Origin: Nocardioides sp.
GTDB taxonomy: Bacteria; Actinomycetota; Actinomycetes; Propionibacteriales; Nocardioidaceae
Direction of reading: 5' to 3'
Assembly (NCBI RefSeq): GCF_036267815.1
Contig: NZ_DATAVI010000065.1
Coordinates: 20,383 to 84,382 of the forward strand
DNA: 64,000 bases
In this document: in pieces, positions 38,748-48,933 of the stretch
How positions within the stretch are numbered: position 1 is the first letter of the stretch
Layout: each line of letters begins with the position of its first letter
The notes under the pieces: generated by a model
Told to the model about the DNA's origin: nothing
Database searches by the model: none
The model's input: only the letters and a program-made list of their open reading frames with translations
Made by a program: the position numbers and the translations under genes

Positions 38748-40420
38748 TGGTCTCGACAAGCTCGACCAACGACAGACTGCCCATCCATGCCCCGCATGGC
38801 ACCGAGCTGTCCGCCAAGTCCTGGCAGACCGAGGCGCCGCTGCGGATGCTGATGAACAACCTCGACCCCGAGGTGGCCGAGCGGCCGGAGGACCTCGTGG
38901 TCTACGGCGGCACCGGGAAGGCCGCCCGCACCTGGCCGGCGTACGACGCGATCCTGGCCAGCCTGCGCGACCTGGAGGACGACGAGACGCTGCTCGTGCA
39001 GTCTGGCAAGCCGGTCGGGATCATGCGGACCAACGAGTGGGCGCCCCGGGTGCTGATCGCGAACTCCAACCTGGTCGGCGACTGGGCCAACTGGGAGGAG
39101 TTCCGCAAGCTCGACGAGATGGGCCTGATCATGTACGGCCAGATGACGGCCGGGTCGTGGATCTACATCGGCACCCAGGGGATCCTCCAGGGCACGTTCG
39201 AGACGTTCGCCGCCGTGGCCGACAAGCGCTTCGGCGGCACGCTGGCCGGCACGATCACGGTCACCGCGGGGCTCGGCGGCATGGGCGGGGCGCAGCCGCT
39301 CGCGGTCACCATGAACGACGGCGTCGCGATCTGCATCGACGTCGACCAGTCGCGGATCACCCGGCGCATCGAGCACCGCTACCTCGACGAGCAGGCCGAC
39401 TCGCTGGCGGACGCGGTACGCCGCGCGGTCGAGGCCCGCGACGCCAGGCGGCCACTCTCGATCGGCGTGCTCGGCAACGCCGCGGAGCTGCTGCCCGCGC
39501 TGCTGGAGATGAAGGCGCCGATCGACATCGCCACCGACCAGACCTCCGCCCACGACCCGCTGTCGTACCTGCCGGTCGGCGTTCCCTTCGAGGACTGGCA
39601 CGACGCCGCCGACAAGGACCCGAAGGGGTTCACCAAGGACGCCCAGGCCTCGATGGCCGCCCACGTGCGGGCGATGGTGGAGCTCCAGGACGCCGGCGCC
39701 GAGGTCTTCGACTACGGCAACTCGATCCGCGACGAGGCCCGCAAGGGCGGCTACGACCGGGCCTTCGAGTTCCCCGGCTTCGTGCCGGCCTACATCCGGC
39801 CGCTCTTCTGCGAGGGCAAGGGCCCGTTCCGCTGGGCGGCCCTCTCGGGCGACCCCGCCGACATCGCGGCCACGGACCGCGCGATCCTCGAGCTCTTCCC
39901 CGACAACGACCGGCTCCGGAAGTGGATCACCATGGCCGGGGAGCGGGTCCACTACCAGGGCCTGCCCGCGCGGATCTGCTGGCTGGGCTACGGCGAGCGC
40001 CACCTCGCGGGTCTGAAGTTCAACGAGATGGTCCGCTCCGGTGAGCTGAGGGCGCCGATCGTGATCGGTCGCGACCATCTCGACTGCGGGTCGGTCGCCT
40101 CGCCGTACCGCGAGACCGAGGCGATGCTCGACGGCTCGGACGCGATCGCCGACTGGGCGGTCCTCAACGCCCTGGTCAACACCGCCTCCGGAGCGTCGTG
40201 GGTCTCGTTCCACCACGGCGGCGGGGTCGGGATGGGCCGCTCGCTGCACGCCGGCCAGGTCTGCGTCGCCGACGGCACCGACCTGGCGGCGGCGAAGATC
40301 GAGCGGGTCCTGACCAACGACCCCGGGATGGGCGTCATCCGGCACGTCGACGCCGGCTACGACCGGGCGGTCGAGGTCGCCGAGCAGCGCGGCGTTCGCA
40401 TCCCGATGGCCGACGCCTGA
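38747..40420 (+). CDS. hutU: Urocanate hydratase
   Basis: [32 protein letters not shown]. Confidence 0.97.
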   Translation: MVSTSSTNDRLPIHAPHGTELSAKSWQTEAPLRMLMNNLDPEVAERPEDLVVYGGTGKAARTWPAYDAILASLRDLEDDETLLVQSGKPVGIMRTNEWAPRVLIANSNLVGDWANWEEFRKLDEMGLIMYGQMTAGSWIYIGTQGILQGTFETFAAVADKRFGGTLAGTITVTAGLGGMGGAQPLAVTMNDGVAICIDVDQSRITRRIEHRYLDEQADSLADAVRRAVEARDARRPLSIGVLGNAAELLPALLEMKAPIDIATDQTSAHDPLSYLPVGVPFEDWHDAADKDPKGFTKDAQASMAAHVRAMVELQDAGAEVFDYGNSIRDEARKGGYDRAFEFPGFVPAYIRPLFCEGKGPFRWAALSGDPADIAATDRAILELFPDNDRLRKWITMAGERVHYQGLPARICWLGYGERHLAGLKFNEMVRSGELRAPIVIGRDHLDCGSVASPYRETEAMLDGSDAIADWAVLNALVNTASGASWVSFHHGGGVGMGRSLHAGQVCVADGTDLAAAKIERVLTNDPGMGVIRHVDAGYDRAVEVAEQRGVRIPMADA

Positions 40421-40550
40421 GCCGGTCCAGGTCCAGGCGGACCCGCCGGTTCGCGGGCGACTGTCAGGTGCCAGACAGCCAGGAGCGCTCGATGCGGGGC
40501 AGGCTCCTGCTCTCGCCGCGCCGCGGCGTCCACCGAGCCGAGGAGTAGCC

Positions 40551-40961
40551 ATGAGCCGCATCGCCCGCCGCATCGTCGGAACCGTTGTCGCCGTTGTCGC
40601 CGTTGTCGCCGTCGTCGCCGGGACGGTGGCGCTCGGGGCGCCGGCCCAGGCCGACGTGTCGGCATCGATCGCGTGGTACGACGGTCCCGACTACGCGGTC
40701 ATCCAACTGGACCAGGCTGCGCTCGAAGGGGTCCTCAACTACTCCGACGGCCTGGAGTACGGCGTCGACGACCTCGCCAACCAGATCACCGACTACATCA
40801 ACGGGAAGCGCCTGGACCGCCACTACGACACCGGCCTCGCGCACGGCGACTTCCTCCGGTTCGAGATCGACTGCGTGCACCACCGCACGCGCAATCCCGT
40901 CCAGATCATGGTGTACGCCGACCTCAGCTACGGCTGCGGCACCTACGGGCCCGAGGTCTAG
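40551..40961 (+). CDS. Small secreted protein of unknown family, paralog A
   Basis: RBS GAGGAG; Sec signal ending AQA; GVDDL and VYADLSYGC motifs shared with B and C. Confidence 0.85.
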   Translation: MSRIARRIVGTVVAVVAVVAVVAGTVALGAPAQADVSASIAWYDGPDYAVIQLDQAALEGVLNYSDGLEYGVDDLANQITDYINGKRLDRHYDTGLAHGDFLRFEIDCVHHRTRNPVQIMVYADLSYGCGTYGPEV

Positions 40962-41121
40962 GGAAGTGCTGATCAATATCGCCGTCGCGAGCGTCGCGAC
41001 GCCTGTGCGATGGCAAGCCGCGGTCGCGACGGCAGGCTGGGTGCACGTCGAGCGGCTGCCACGCAGCCGGCGTCCGCGCATCGCGGCGCGCAGCAGGCCG
41101 GACTGGTCAGGGCTCCCCTGG
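40958..41121. mobile_element. 164-bp MITE with ~19-bp terminal inverted repeats CTAGGGAAGTGCTGATCA
   Basis: Left TIR intact, right TIR decayed (ACTGGTCAGGGCTCCCCTGG); the CTAG supplies the stop of paralog A. Confidence 0.85.
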
Positions 41122-41395
41122 TGCCGCGGGCACCGAGTCATCGAACGGTTGCGCGACGCCGAGCCGCGCACGTCGCTGCGTCGACATCGCCTGGATGCCG
41201 GGGTCGCCCGTGCACTCCCGCGCACCCCAGGGTGTGCGCCGACCTCGCCTGCGGCCGCGGAACCGCTGGCTGGTGCTGCCCAGCAAACGGAGACGGTCGA
41301 CCCGCTGTGTCAGGAGCGCGACGGCGACCCGACTGCCGGCGGGGCAGGCTCGTGCTCGTGCCGCAGAGAGTGGCCCGTAGAGCCGAGGAGAGTCC

Positions 41396-41794
41396 ATGAA
41401 CCGCATCGCCTGCCGGATCGCCACCATCACGGTCACCGCGGTCTCTGCCCTGGCCGCCGTGCTGGCCTTCGGGTCGCCGGCCCACGCTGACCCGACGGCA
41501 ACTGCCACCTTCACCTGGATGGGAGACGGCGCCGACTACGCCGTCGTCCAGCTGAACGAGGAGGCCGTGAGGTCGGCCACCGACTACGACGCCGGCCTCG
41601 GATGGGCCGTCGACGACCTCTGTGGCCAGATCACCGACGTCCTCAACGGGCATCGTCAGTCCAGGGGCTACACGGTCGGACTCGCGACGAGCGACTGCAT
41701 CGCGATCTGGCGCCACTGCGTGGCGATCCGTTCGAACAACCGCGTGCAGTTCAGCGTGTTCGCCGACCTCACCTACCGGTGCGGCCAGTACTAG
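41396..41794 (+). CDS. Small secreted protein of unknown family, paralog B
   Basis: RBS GAGGAG; signal ending AHA; four Cys in the mature part. Confidence 0.85.
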   Translation: MNRIACRIATITVTAVSALAAVLAFGSPAHADPTATATFTWMGDGADYAVVQLNEEAVRSATDYDAGLGWAVDDLCGQITDVLNGHRQSRGYTVGLATSDCIAIWRHCVAIRSNNRVQFSVFADLTYRCGQY

Positions 41795-41952
41795 TGCGTC
41801 TCCCGATCGCGCGCGCCTGCTGCCCGGGATCTCCCATCGGAGCTGGCTGCGGTGTCAGCGCTCGTCGGCCTCCAGCCCGCCTTCGCGCCGCCGCCTTGCC
41901 AGATCGGCGCGAAGTCCCGCTCGCTACGGCGCCGAGACGGTCGCGCAACTAG
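41791..41952. mobile_element. Decayed MITE copy abutting the next copy through a shared CTAG
   Basis: Shares GCTGGCTGCG, GCCTTGCC and CGCTCGCtACGGCGCCG with 41949-42112; bounded by CTAG at both ends. Confidence 0.65.
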
Positions 41953-42112
41953 GGAAGCGCTGATCAGTCCCGTCTGCTGCGCGCCGCGATGCGGGCACGC
42001 TGGCTGCGTTGCAGCCGCTCGACGTGCGCCCGGCATGGCGTCGCGACCGCGCCTTGCCGTCGCACACCCGTCGCGGCGCTCGCGACGGCGCCGTTGATCA
42101 GCACTTCCCTAG
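41949..42112. mobile_element. Intact 164-bp MITE, inverted relative to the 40958 copy
   Basis: CTAGGGAAGCGCTGATCA ... TGATCAGCACTTCCCTAG. Confidence 0.9.
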
Positions 42113-42300
42113 CGTCCGCGCCCGTCCACTCGCGCTCTCCCGCCCAGACGCAGAGGGGCAGCACCAGGGCCTCGGGGGGATCGCCCCGCGGCCAGGTTCG
42201 TGGTGACTGTCAGGCGGAGGACAGCGGCAGACCCCGGGTGCCGGGCAGGCTCCTACCGACGCCGTACCTGCGGCGCCGACACAGAACCCGAGGAGGAGCC

Positions 42301-42693
42301 ATGAGCCGCATCGCCCGCCGCATCGCCGGCACCGTCGTCCCCGTCGTCGCCGCCGTTGCCGCGCTCGTGGCGTTCGGGGCACCCGCGCAGGCCGCGGCCA
42401 CCGCGTCGCTCGCCTGGCAGGACGGCCCGGACTTCGCGATCATCCAGCTGAACCCGGAGGCCGTGGACGCCGTCGCCTGGTACAACGTCGTCGGCCAGCC
42501 TGGCGTCGACGACCTGTGCAACCAGATCGACGGCGTGGTCAACGCCAAGCGGTTCGACAAGGGGTACGCCACCGGCCTCGACCTGGGGATGTGCGTCGGG
42601 TTCATGAAGGACTGCGTGGCCAAGAGGAGCAACGATCGGGTCCAGATCGACGTGTACGCCGACCTGACCTACCGGTGCAGCACCTACGCCTGA
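42301..42693 (+). CDS. Small secreted protein of unknown family, paralog C
   Basis: RBS GAGGAGG; signal ending AQA; four Cys; VYADLTYRC. Confidence 0.85.
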   Translation: MSRIARRIAGTVVPVVAAVAALVAFGAPAQAAATASLAWQDGPDFAIIQLNPEAVDAVAWYNVVGQPGVDDLCNQIDGVVNAKRFDKGYATGLDLGMCVGFMKDCVAKRSNDRVQIDVYADLTYRCSTYA

Positions 42694-42811
42694 GACCGGC
42701 CCCGAGCCCGGGGCTGTGGCCTCGCCGACTGTCTCGTGGGGCCTCCTGCCACAAGCCCGTTGACCCTGCCAGGCAGGGGGTTCGGCGCCGACCGGTGGCG
42801 CGAGGCCCGAC

Positions 42812-44554
42812 TCAGGCCAGTGGCAGCAGGGCGTGGACGGCGAAGCCCTGCTCGCCACCGAGGACCGTGACCGCGCCGCCGACCTCGGCGGCGCGTTCGC
42901 GCATCGAGCTGATGCCGACGCCCGGCGTCCATGGCTGACCGTGCAGGCCCGGGTCGCGGACCGCGACCGACAGCCGCCCGTCGTCCACGCCGATGCACAG
43001 GTCGGCCTCGTCGGCGCCACTGTGCCGAGCCGCGTTGGCGAGCGCCTCCGTCGCGATCCGGTACGCCGCGGTCTCGACCGCCGCCGGCAGCTCGGGCAGG
43101 GCATCGGGCACCTCGACCGAGACCCGCATCGAGCGCCCGTCGTCGGTGCGCATCGAGGCGGCCCGCTGGCGAAGCGCCGGCACGAGGCCGAGCTCGTCGA
43201 GGGCCGGCGGTCGCATGTCGTAGACGAGCCGCCGGATCTCCCCGACCGCGGTCACCGCGTCGGCACGGAGTCCTCGCAGCAGCTCGTCGGCCGAGTCGGG
43301 CTGGTCGCGCAGCGTGTTGCGCGCCGCGTCCGCGGTGAAGGCGATCCCGGACAGGGTGGGCCCGAGTCCGTCGTGCAGGTCGCGTCGCAGGCGGCGGCGT
43401 TCCTCCTCGATGGCCGCGATCGCCTGGCCGCGCGAGGTCTGGAGGTCCGCGGCGAGCGCGCGGGCGCGCAGGGTCTGGGCCAGCAGCGGCGCCACGATCC
43501 GCAGCACGTGCTCGTCACCGGCCGACAGGCTCAGGTCGCCCTGACGCAGCCCGACGACGATCTCGCCCAGGTCGTCGCTACCCAGCTGGAGGGCGAGCCG
43601 GCGCAGATGGGTGACGGCGGTGCCTGAGGAGGCCAGCTCGACCCCACCGGACCAGACGCTGGCATAGGGCAGCACCAGCGCCTCGCGGATCGCCCGCAGC
43701 GCCAGCACCGGGTCGTCGCCGATCCGGTCGACGACGCGGGCCGCCGCGTCGAGCGGGTCGGGGCGGTCCCCGAACAACAGCTCGTCGATGACACCGCGCA
43801 GCATCACCCGCAGCGGATGGAACGTCGTGGCGGCCAGCGCGCCGATCGCGGCCAGGACGCCGACGGAGGGCTCGTGCTGCCCGGCGAGGTCGAGGACCGA
43901 CACCGCCCCGATGAACAGGGACAGGTACACCGACACCACGATCACGACGACGACCACCGAGACGATGAGCCCACGGACGTCGACCAGGCGCGGCCGGAGG
44001 ACACCCACGGCCAGGCCCGGCCCCACCGTGGCGATCAGCACTGAGCCGACCACGAGGGCGACCCGGGTCGTGGTCAGGAACACCAGCTGCCCGGTGACGA
44101 GCCCGGACGTGACACTGACCAGGCTCACCCACAGCACCGCGAGCCGGTCGTCCTCGTCGGCCGCCTCGAAGCGCCACCACAGGTGCCCGAAGAGGCCGAG
44201 GAGGCTCATCAGGCCCATGGTCGAGAGCACCGACCAGTCAGGCCGGGTGGTCGCGATCACCCCGGCCCCGAGGACGACGACGTAGGCGCAGAAGTCCACG
44301 CCGTGCCAGCCGCGCGGTGAGGGATAGGTCAGCAGGGCCAGGGCTCCTGGCAGCATCAGCGACGCGGTGAGGGCGACGGCACCCACGTGCGGATGGCCGG
44401 TCCCCCACGCCGTCAGCGCCGCAAGGGTGCCGACCCCGCAGACGACGGCCCAGACACCGGCGACCCGCGCCCGGGTCGGCCACAGGGACACGCCTCCGGC
44501 GACCAGCGTCGCCACCGGCAGCACCGCGGCGGCGAGCGGCAGTCCGTCGTTCAC
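42812..44554 (-). CDS. Membrane sensor histidine kinase (HisKA_3/NarX type)
   Basis: ERRRLRRDLHDG H-box; EALANAARH; GVGISSMRER. Confidence 0.9.
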   Translation of the reverse strand: MNDGLPLAAAVLPVATLVAGGVSLWPTRARVAGVWAVVCGVGTLAALTAWGTGHPHVGAVALTASLMLPGALALLTYPSPRGWHGVDFCAYVVVLGAGVIATTRPDWSVLSTMGLMSLLGLFGHLWWRFEAADEDDRLAVLWVSLVSVTSGLVTGQLVFLTTTRVALVVGSVLIATVGPGLAVGVLRPRLVDVRGLIVSVVVVVIVVSVYLSLFIGAVSVLDLAGQHEPSVGVLAAIGALAATTFHPLRVMLRGVIDELLFGDRPDPLDAAARVVDRIGDDPVLALRAIREALVLPYASVWSGGVELASSGTAVTHLRRLALQLGSDDLGEIVVGLRQGDLSLSAGDEHVLRIVAPLLAQTLRARALAADLQTSRGQAIAAIEEERRRLRRDLHDGLGPTLSGIAFTADAARNTLRDQPDSADELLRGLRADAVTAVGEIRRLVYDMRPPALDELGLVPALRQRAASMRTDDGRSMRVSVEVPDALPELPAAVETAAYRIATEALANAARHSGADEADLCIGVDDGRLSVAVRDPGLHGQPWTPGVGISSMRERAAEVGGAVTVLGGEQGFAVHALLPLA

Positions 44555-45216
44555 CCGGCGCCCCCGACGCCACCCTGGTGGGCGCGCACGATGGCCTCGG
44601 CGCGTCCGGAGACCTGGAGCTTGGCGAAGATCGTGGTCAGGTTGTTGGCCACGGTCTTGGGCGAGAGGAAGAGGTCGGTGCCGATCTCGGAGGTACGTCG
44701 TCCCCGCGCCAGCCGCTCCAGGATCTCGCGCTCGCGCGCAGTGAGCTCGGGGAACGGGTAGGCCGCGGCGGCCGGCCGGGGCGGCCCGGCGAAGTGGCCG
44801 AGGACGCGCTCGGCGACGCCGGGACCGAAGATGGCCTCGCCGGCGACGACCCCGCGGATGGCGCGGACGATGTCCGCCTGCTCCGCCTCCTTGAGCAGGT
44901 ACCCCTGGGCGCCGGCCTGCATCGCGGTGAAGACCGTCGCGTCGTCGTCGTACATCGTGAGCATCAGGACCCGTGTGGACGGCGCCGCCGCCCGGATGCG
45001 CCGAGTCGCCTCGACCCCGTCGAGCCCGGGCATCCGCACGTCCATCAGGACGACGTCGGGTCGGGTGAGCTGGGCCTCGCGCACGGCGGCCTCCCCGTCG
45101 GCCGCCTCGCCGACGACCTCGAGCCCGTCGATGGTGCGCAGCAGGGCGACGAGCCCGCCCCGCACAACGGGGTGGTCGTCGGCCACGACGATCCGGATCG
45201 TCGCGCTGGGCTCCAT
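44551..45216 (-). CDS. NarL/LuxR family response regulator
   Basis: ADDH, LMDVRMP, GYLLK; C-terminal HTH. Confidence 0.95.
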   Translation of the reverse strand: MEPSATIRIVVADDHPVVRGGLVALLRTIDGLEVVGEAADGEAAVREAQLTRPDVVLMDVRMPGLDGVEATRRIRAAAPSTRVLMLTMYDDDATVFTAMQAGAQGYLLKEAEQADIVRAIRGVVAGEAIFGPGVAERVLGHFAGPPRPAAAAYPFPELTAREREILERLARGRRTSEIGTDLFLSPKTVANNLTTIFAKLQVSGRAEAIVRAHQGGVGGAG

Positions 45217-45380
45217 GCGCCCATGATGGCCGCGCGGGGCCGGGTTTGACCCGGGAAGAACGTCCCGATCACCGGGACCCGCACGGGAGTGCGGCGAGGA
45301 AGGCACGCCCTGGGAGTGGGAGCGCCGACGGGGTGACGCTGGCGCACATCCAGTCCAGAATGCCTCCCAGAGGAGTCACC

Positions 45381-45779
45381 ATGACCACCGTCACCACCGC
45401 TCCACACCCCGTCGCCACCAGCGCCTTCCGCGCGGGTCTGGCCAGCTCGGCACTCGTCGGTGTGGCCAACATGCTGTTCACCCTCGTCCCGACACCGTCT
45501 GGGCAGGACGGCCCGCCCGTCGCCGTCGTCGTCGTCAGCGCGGGGCTGGGCCTGCTGTCGATCGTGTGCGCGGTCGCCGCCTGGAGCTCGGCCAACCGGC
45601 TCGCGGTCCGCCTCAACGCCGCGGCGCTGATCATCGAGGCGCTGCTGACGATGCCGGGCTTCTTCGTCGACATCGACGCCTGGATCAAGATCGTGGGCGC
45701 ACTGGCGATCATCCTCACCGTCGTCGCCCTGGTGCTGACCCTGCGCCGCGAGCGCACGCCGTACACCGTGACCGACTGA
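45381..45779 (+). CDS. Small 4-TM membrane protein, probable target of the two-component system
   Basis: RBS AGGAG; four hydrophobic segments; divergent from the response regulator. Confidence 0.75.
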   Translation: MTTVTTAPHPVATSAFRAGLASSALVGVANMLFTLVPTPSGQDGPPVAVVVVSAGLGLLSIVCAVAAWSSANRLAVRLNAAALIIEALLTMPGFFVDIDAWIKIVGALAIILTVVALVLTLRRERTPYTVTD

Positions 45780-45820
45780 GGCGTGCCACGACGTGGTTCT
45801 TGCGGCGTACGCTTCGAGCC

Positions 45821-46855
45821 ATGTCGGAGTCCAACGAGTCTCGCCCCGCGCGCTCGCGGGTGGTTCTGCGCAACATCAGCTCCCGCACCTGGGAGCATCC
45901 GGCCGACCGCGGCGCCCTGGTGGCGCTGCGCCGGCTCAAGGGGTTCGACACCGTCGTCAAGCTGCTGAACAGCCTGTTCCGGGAGCGCACGTACCGGCTG
46001 TTCTTCCTCGGCTCGATGGTCCGCGTCGACGAGCGTCAGTTCCCCGTGCTCCACCGCGCGCTCAATGACGCCGCAGGCATCCTCGACGCCGAGGTGGTCC
46101 CCGAGCTGTACGTCCAGGCCGAGCCGGGCTTCAACTCCTACTGCGTCGGCATGGACCGTCCGGTGATCGTGATCAACTCCGGCCTGGTCGACCTGCTCGA
46201 CGAGGACGAGCTGCGATGGGTGCTGGCCCACGAGCTCGGCCACGCCCTCAGCGGCCATGCCGTCTACCGCACGATCCTCGACCGGCTACGCCGGATGAGC
46301 GGGGCCTTCGGTGCCATCCCCGTCGGCGGGCTCGGGGTGCGGATGATCGAGGCGGGGCTGATGGAGTGGCAGCGCAAGTCCGAGCTCTCGGCCGACCGTG
46401 CGGGGCTGCTCGCCACCCAGGACCCCGCGGTGGCCTACCGCGCGCTGATGAAGATCGCCAGCGGCGGACACCTCGCCGACCTCGACCAGACCTCGTTCTT
46501 CGGCCAGGGCTCGGAGTACGAGGCGACCGACCTGCGCGACTCCGTCCTGAAGATGCTGCTGATCGAGCGGCGCTCCCACCCCATGCCGGTCTCGCGCGCC
46601 AGCGAGCTGCGGGGGTGGGTCGACAGCGGTGCCTACACGACGATCCTGGCCGGTGACTACCCCACCCGCGACACCGACGACGAGGCGAAGGTCAGCGAGG
46701 CCGCCCAGGACGCCGCCCGCAGCTACTCCGAGGCCTTCCGGGAGACGCAGGACACCCTGGGCCGCCTGGTGCACGACACCGCCGGCTGGATGGGCAGCGC
46801 CAAGACCTGGTGGGACGAGCAGTGGCGGCGCGGCGGCGAGGAAGACGCGTCGTAA
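45821..46855 (+). CDS. M48 family zinc metallopeptidase
   Basis: HELGH, ELSADRAG, SHP. Confidence 0.9.
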   Translation: MSESNESRPARSRVVLRNISSRTWEHPADRGALVALRRLKGFDTVVKLLNSLFRERTYRLFFLGSMVRVDERQFPVLHRALNDAAGILDAEVVPELYVQAEPGFNSYCVGMDRPVIVINSGLVDLLDEDELRWVLAHELGHALSGHAVYRTILDRLRRMSGAFGAIPVGGLGVRMIEAGLMEWQRKSELSADRAGLLATQDPAVAYRALMKIASGGHLADLDQTSFFGQGSEYEATDLRDSVLKMLLIERRSHPMPVSRASELRGWVDSGAYTTILAGDYPTRDTDDEAKVSEAAQDAARSYSEAFRETQDTLGRLVHDTAGWMGSAKTWWDEQWRRGGEEDAS

Positions 46856-46892
46856 CGCCACCGAAGCCGGCTCGCGGCTGACCGGGCCGGCC

Positions 46893-47756
46893 TCAGCGCG
46901 CGGTGATCGCCTCGTGCATGGCCAGGGTCCGGCGCGCCGACTCCACGTGCAGGCTCTCGACCATCCGGCCCTGGTAGGTCACGACGCCGGCTCCGCGACC
47001 GTCCTCCCAGGCCTGGACCAGACCTTGGGCATCCTCGATGTCGCGGTCGCTGGGGGAGTACGCCGCGTTGGCGCCGTCCACCTGTCCGGGATGGATCAGC
47101 GTCTTGCCGTCGAAGCCCATCTCGCGCCCCTGCCGGCACTCCGCCTCGAAGCCCGTCGCGTCGCGCACGTCGTTGTAGACGCCGTCGAGGATGACCTTGC
47201 CCGTGGCGCGGGCCGCGAGGAGCGCCAGCCCGAGTCCGGGCAGCAGGGGATGACGATCCGGGACGTGGGCGGCGTGGAGCTCCTTGGCCAGGTCGTTGGT
47301 GCCCAGCACCAGCACGGTCAGGCGTTCGCTGGCGGCCGCGATCTCCTCGCAGTGCAGCATCGCGACCGGGGACTCGACCATCGCCCACAGCTGGGTGTGG
47401 TCGGGCGCGTCGAACCCGGCCATCGCCTCGGCCAGCGCGAGCACGGCGTCCGCGCTGTTCACCTTGGGGACCAGGATCGCGTCCGGCCCCGCGGCACAGA
47501 CGGCCGCGAGGTCGTCGAGGTGCCACTCGGTGCCGGCGCCGTTGACGCGGACGGCCACCTCGCGCGCGCCGTACTCGCCACCGGCCGCGGCAGCGCACGC
47601 CGACTCGCGGGCCGCCGGCTTGGCATCCGGGGCGACGGCGTCCTCGAGGTCGAGGATGAGCCCGTCGCAGGGGATGCCCCGGGCCTTCTCGAGCGCTCGC
47701 TGGTTGGACGCCGGGAGGTAGAGGACCGAGCGTCGTGGGCGGAAGGTCTCGCTCAC
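46893..47756 (-). CDS. CitE/HpcH family CoA-ester lyase (malyl-CoA thioesterase Mcl2-like)
   Basis: RRSVLYLP, DLEDAV, GTNDL, GKTLIHP. Confidence 0.85.
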   Translation of the reverse strand: MSETFRPRRSVLYLPASNQRALEKARGIPCDGLILDLEDAVAPDAKPAARESACAAAAGGEYGAREVAVRVNGAGTEWHLDDLAAVCAAGPDAILVPKVNSADAVLALAEAMAGFDAPDHTQLWAMVESPVAMLHCEEIAAASERLTVLVLGTNDLAKELHAAHVPDRHPLLPGLGLALLAARATGKVILDGVYNDVRDATGFEAECRQGREMGFDGKTLIHPGQVDGANAAYSPSDRDIEDAQGLVQAWEDGRGAGVVTYQGRMVESLHVESARRTLAMHEAITAR

Positions 47757-48865
47757 CGGGCGTCCTCGGCGCCGGCGATGGCGTCGTAGGCCTTCCGCAG
47801 CTCGGGGTCGCGGGCGGCAAGCTGCTCGGCGAGCTCGACCAGCACGAGGCACTGCTTGAGAGAGGCGTCGTCCTCCATCTTCCCCTCGAGCAGCACCGCG
47901 CCGGTCCCGTCGCCGCTGTGCCGGCTCATGGCGGCGACGACCCGGCGGGCGTGGGCGATGTCCTCGACGCTGGGCGAGAAGACCCGCTGGGCGATCTCGA
48001 TCTGGACCGGGTGCAGGCTCCACGCGCCGACGCAGCCGAGCAGGTAGGCGTTGCGGAACTGGTCCTCGCACGCGACGACATCGGCGATGTCGCCGAAGGG
48101 TCCGTAGTAGGGGTAGACGCCGTACGCCACGCAGGCGTCGACCATCCGCGAGATCGTGTAGTGCCAGAGGTCCTGCTGGTACGTCGGACGCTCTCCCTCG
48201 ACATCGACGCCGTCAGAGGTCTTGCGCGGGTCTCGGCGTACGACGTACCCGGGGTGGCCCCCACCGACGCGGGTGGTCTTCATCCGGCGATCCGCGGCGA
48301 GGTCGGCGGGGCCGAGGCTGAGGCCCTGCATCCGGGGGCTCGCGGCACAGATCTCCTCGACGCCGGCGACCCCGCGCGCGGTCTCGAGGATCGCGTGCAC
48401 CAGCAGCGGGCGGGTGAGCCCGGCCCTGGCCTCGAGCTGGGCCAGGAGCCTGTCGACGTAGGCGATGTCCTCCGCGCCCTGGACCTTGGGCACCATCACC
48501 ACGTCGAGCCGGTCGCCGATCTCGCTGACCAGGGTCGTCAGGTCGTCGAGGACCCAGGGGCTGTCGAGGGCGTTGACCCGCACCCACAGCTGGGAGCCGG
48601 CATCGGGACCGCCCAGACCCTCGGTCTCGCGGGCGATCCGCACGAGCCCGGCACGCGCGGCCTCCTTGCGGTCGGCCCTGACGCCGTCCTCGAGGTTGCC
48701 GAGCAGCACGTCGACGGTGCCGGCCAGCTGGGGCACCTTGGCGGCCATCTTCTCGTTCGAGGGATCGAAGAAGTGGATGGCACGGCTCGGGCGGGCCGGT
48801 ATCTCGCGGAGCGGCTCCGGTGCACCGACGGCGAGCGGCCGGAAGAAGTCCTTCGGCGGGCGCAT
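47753..48865 (-). CDS. Malyl-CoA/beta-methylmalyl-CoA lyase-like CoA-ester lyase (Mcl1-like)
   Basis: GNLEDG, GPADLAA, YGPFGD, WSLHP, MEDDA. Confidence 0.8.
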   Translation of the reverse strand: MRPPKDFFRPLAVGAPEPLREIPARPSRAIHFFDPSNEKMAAKVPQLAGTVDVLLGNLEDGVRADRKEAARAGLVRIARETEGLGGPDAGSQLWVRVNALDSPWVLDDLTTLVSEIGDRLDVVMVPKVQGAEDIAYVDRLLAQLEARAGLTRPLLVHAILETARGVAGVEEICAASPRMQGLSLGPADLAADRRMKTTRVGGGHPGYVVRRDPRKTSDGVDVEGERPTYQQDLWHYTISRMVDACVAYGVYPYYGPFGDIADVVACEDQFRNAYLLGCVGAWSLHPVQIEIAQRVFSPSVEDIAHARRVVAAMSRHSGDGTGAVLLEGKMEDDASLKQCLVLVELAEQLAARDPELRKAYDAIAGAEDAR

Positions 48866-48933
48866 GCGCGGACGCTACCGCCGTACGCCGGGGGCCGGTA
48901 TGACGAACTCCACTCGGGCACGCCTCGCGACGC

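Noticed and set aside
40462-40477. TGTCAGGTGCCAGACA resembling a second HutR operator
   Set aside because: Overlaps the duplicated promoter module (GACTGTCAGG) of the secreted paralogs; the match is weak
41122-41290. Unique spacer between the MITE and the paralog B promoter
   Set aside because: No recognisable ORF or repeat; cannot assign
40421-42700. Repeat-unique-repeat pattern as a CRISPR array or DGR
   Set aside because: Repeats are 164 bp with TIRs, the intervening units are whole genes, and no cas or reverse transcriptase gene is present
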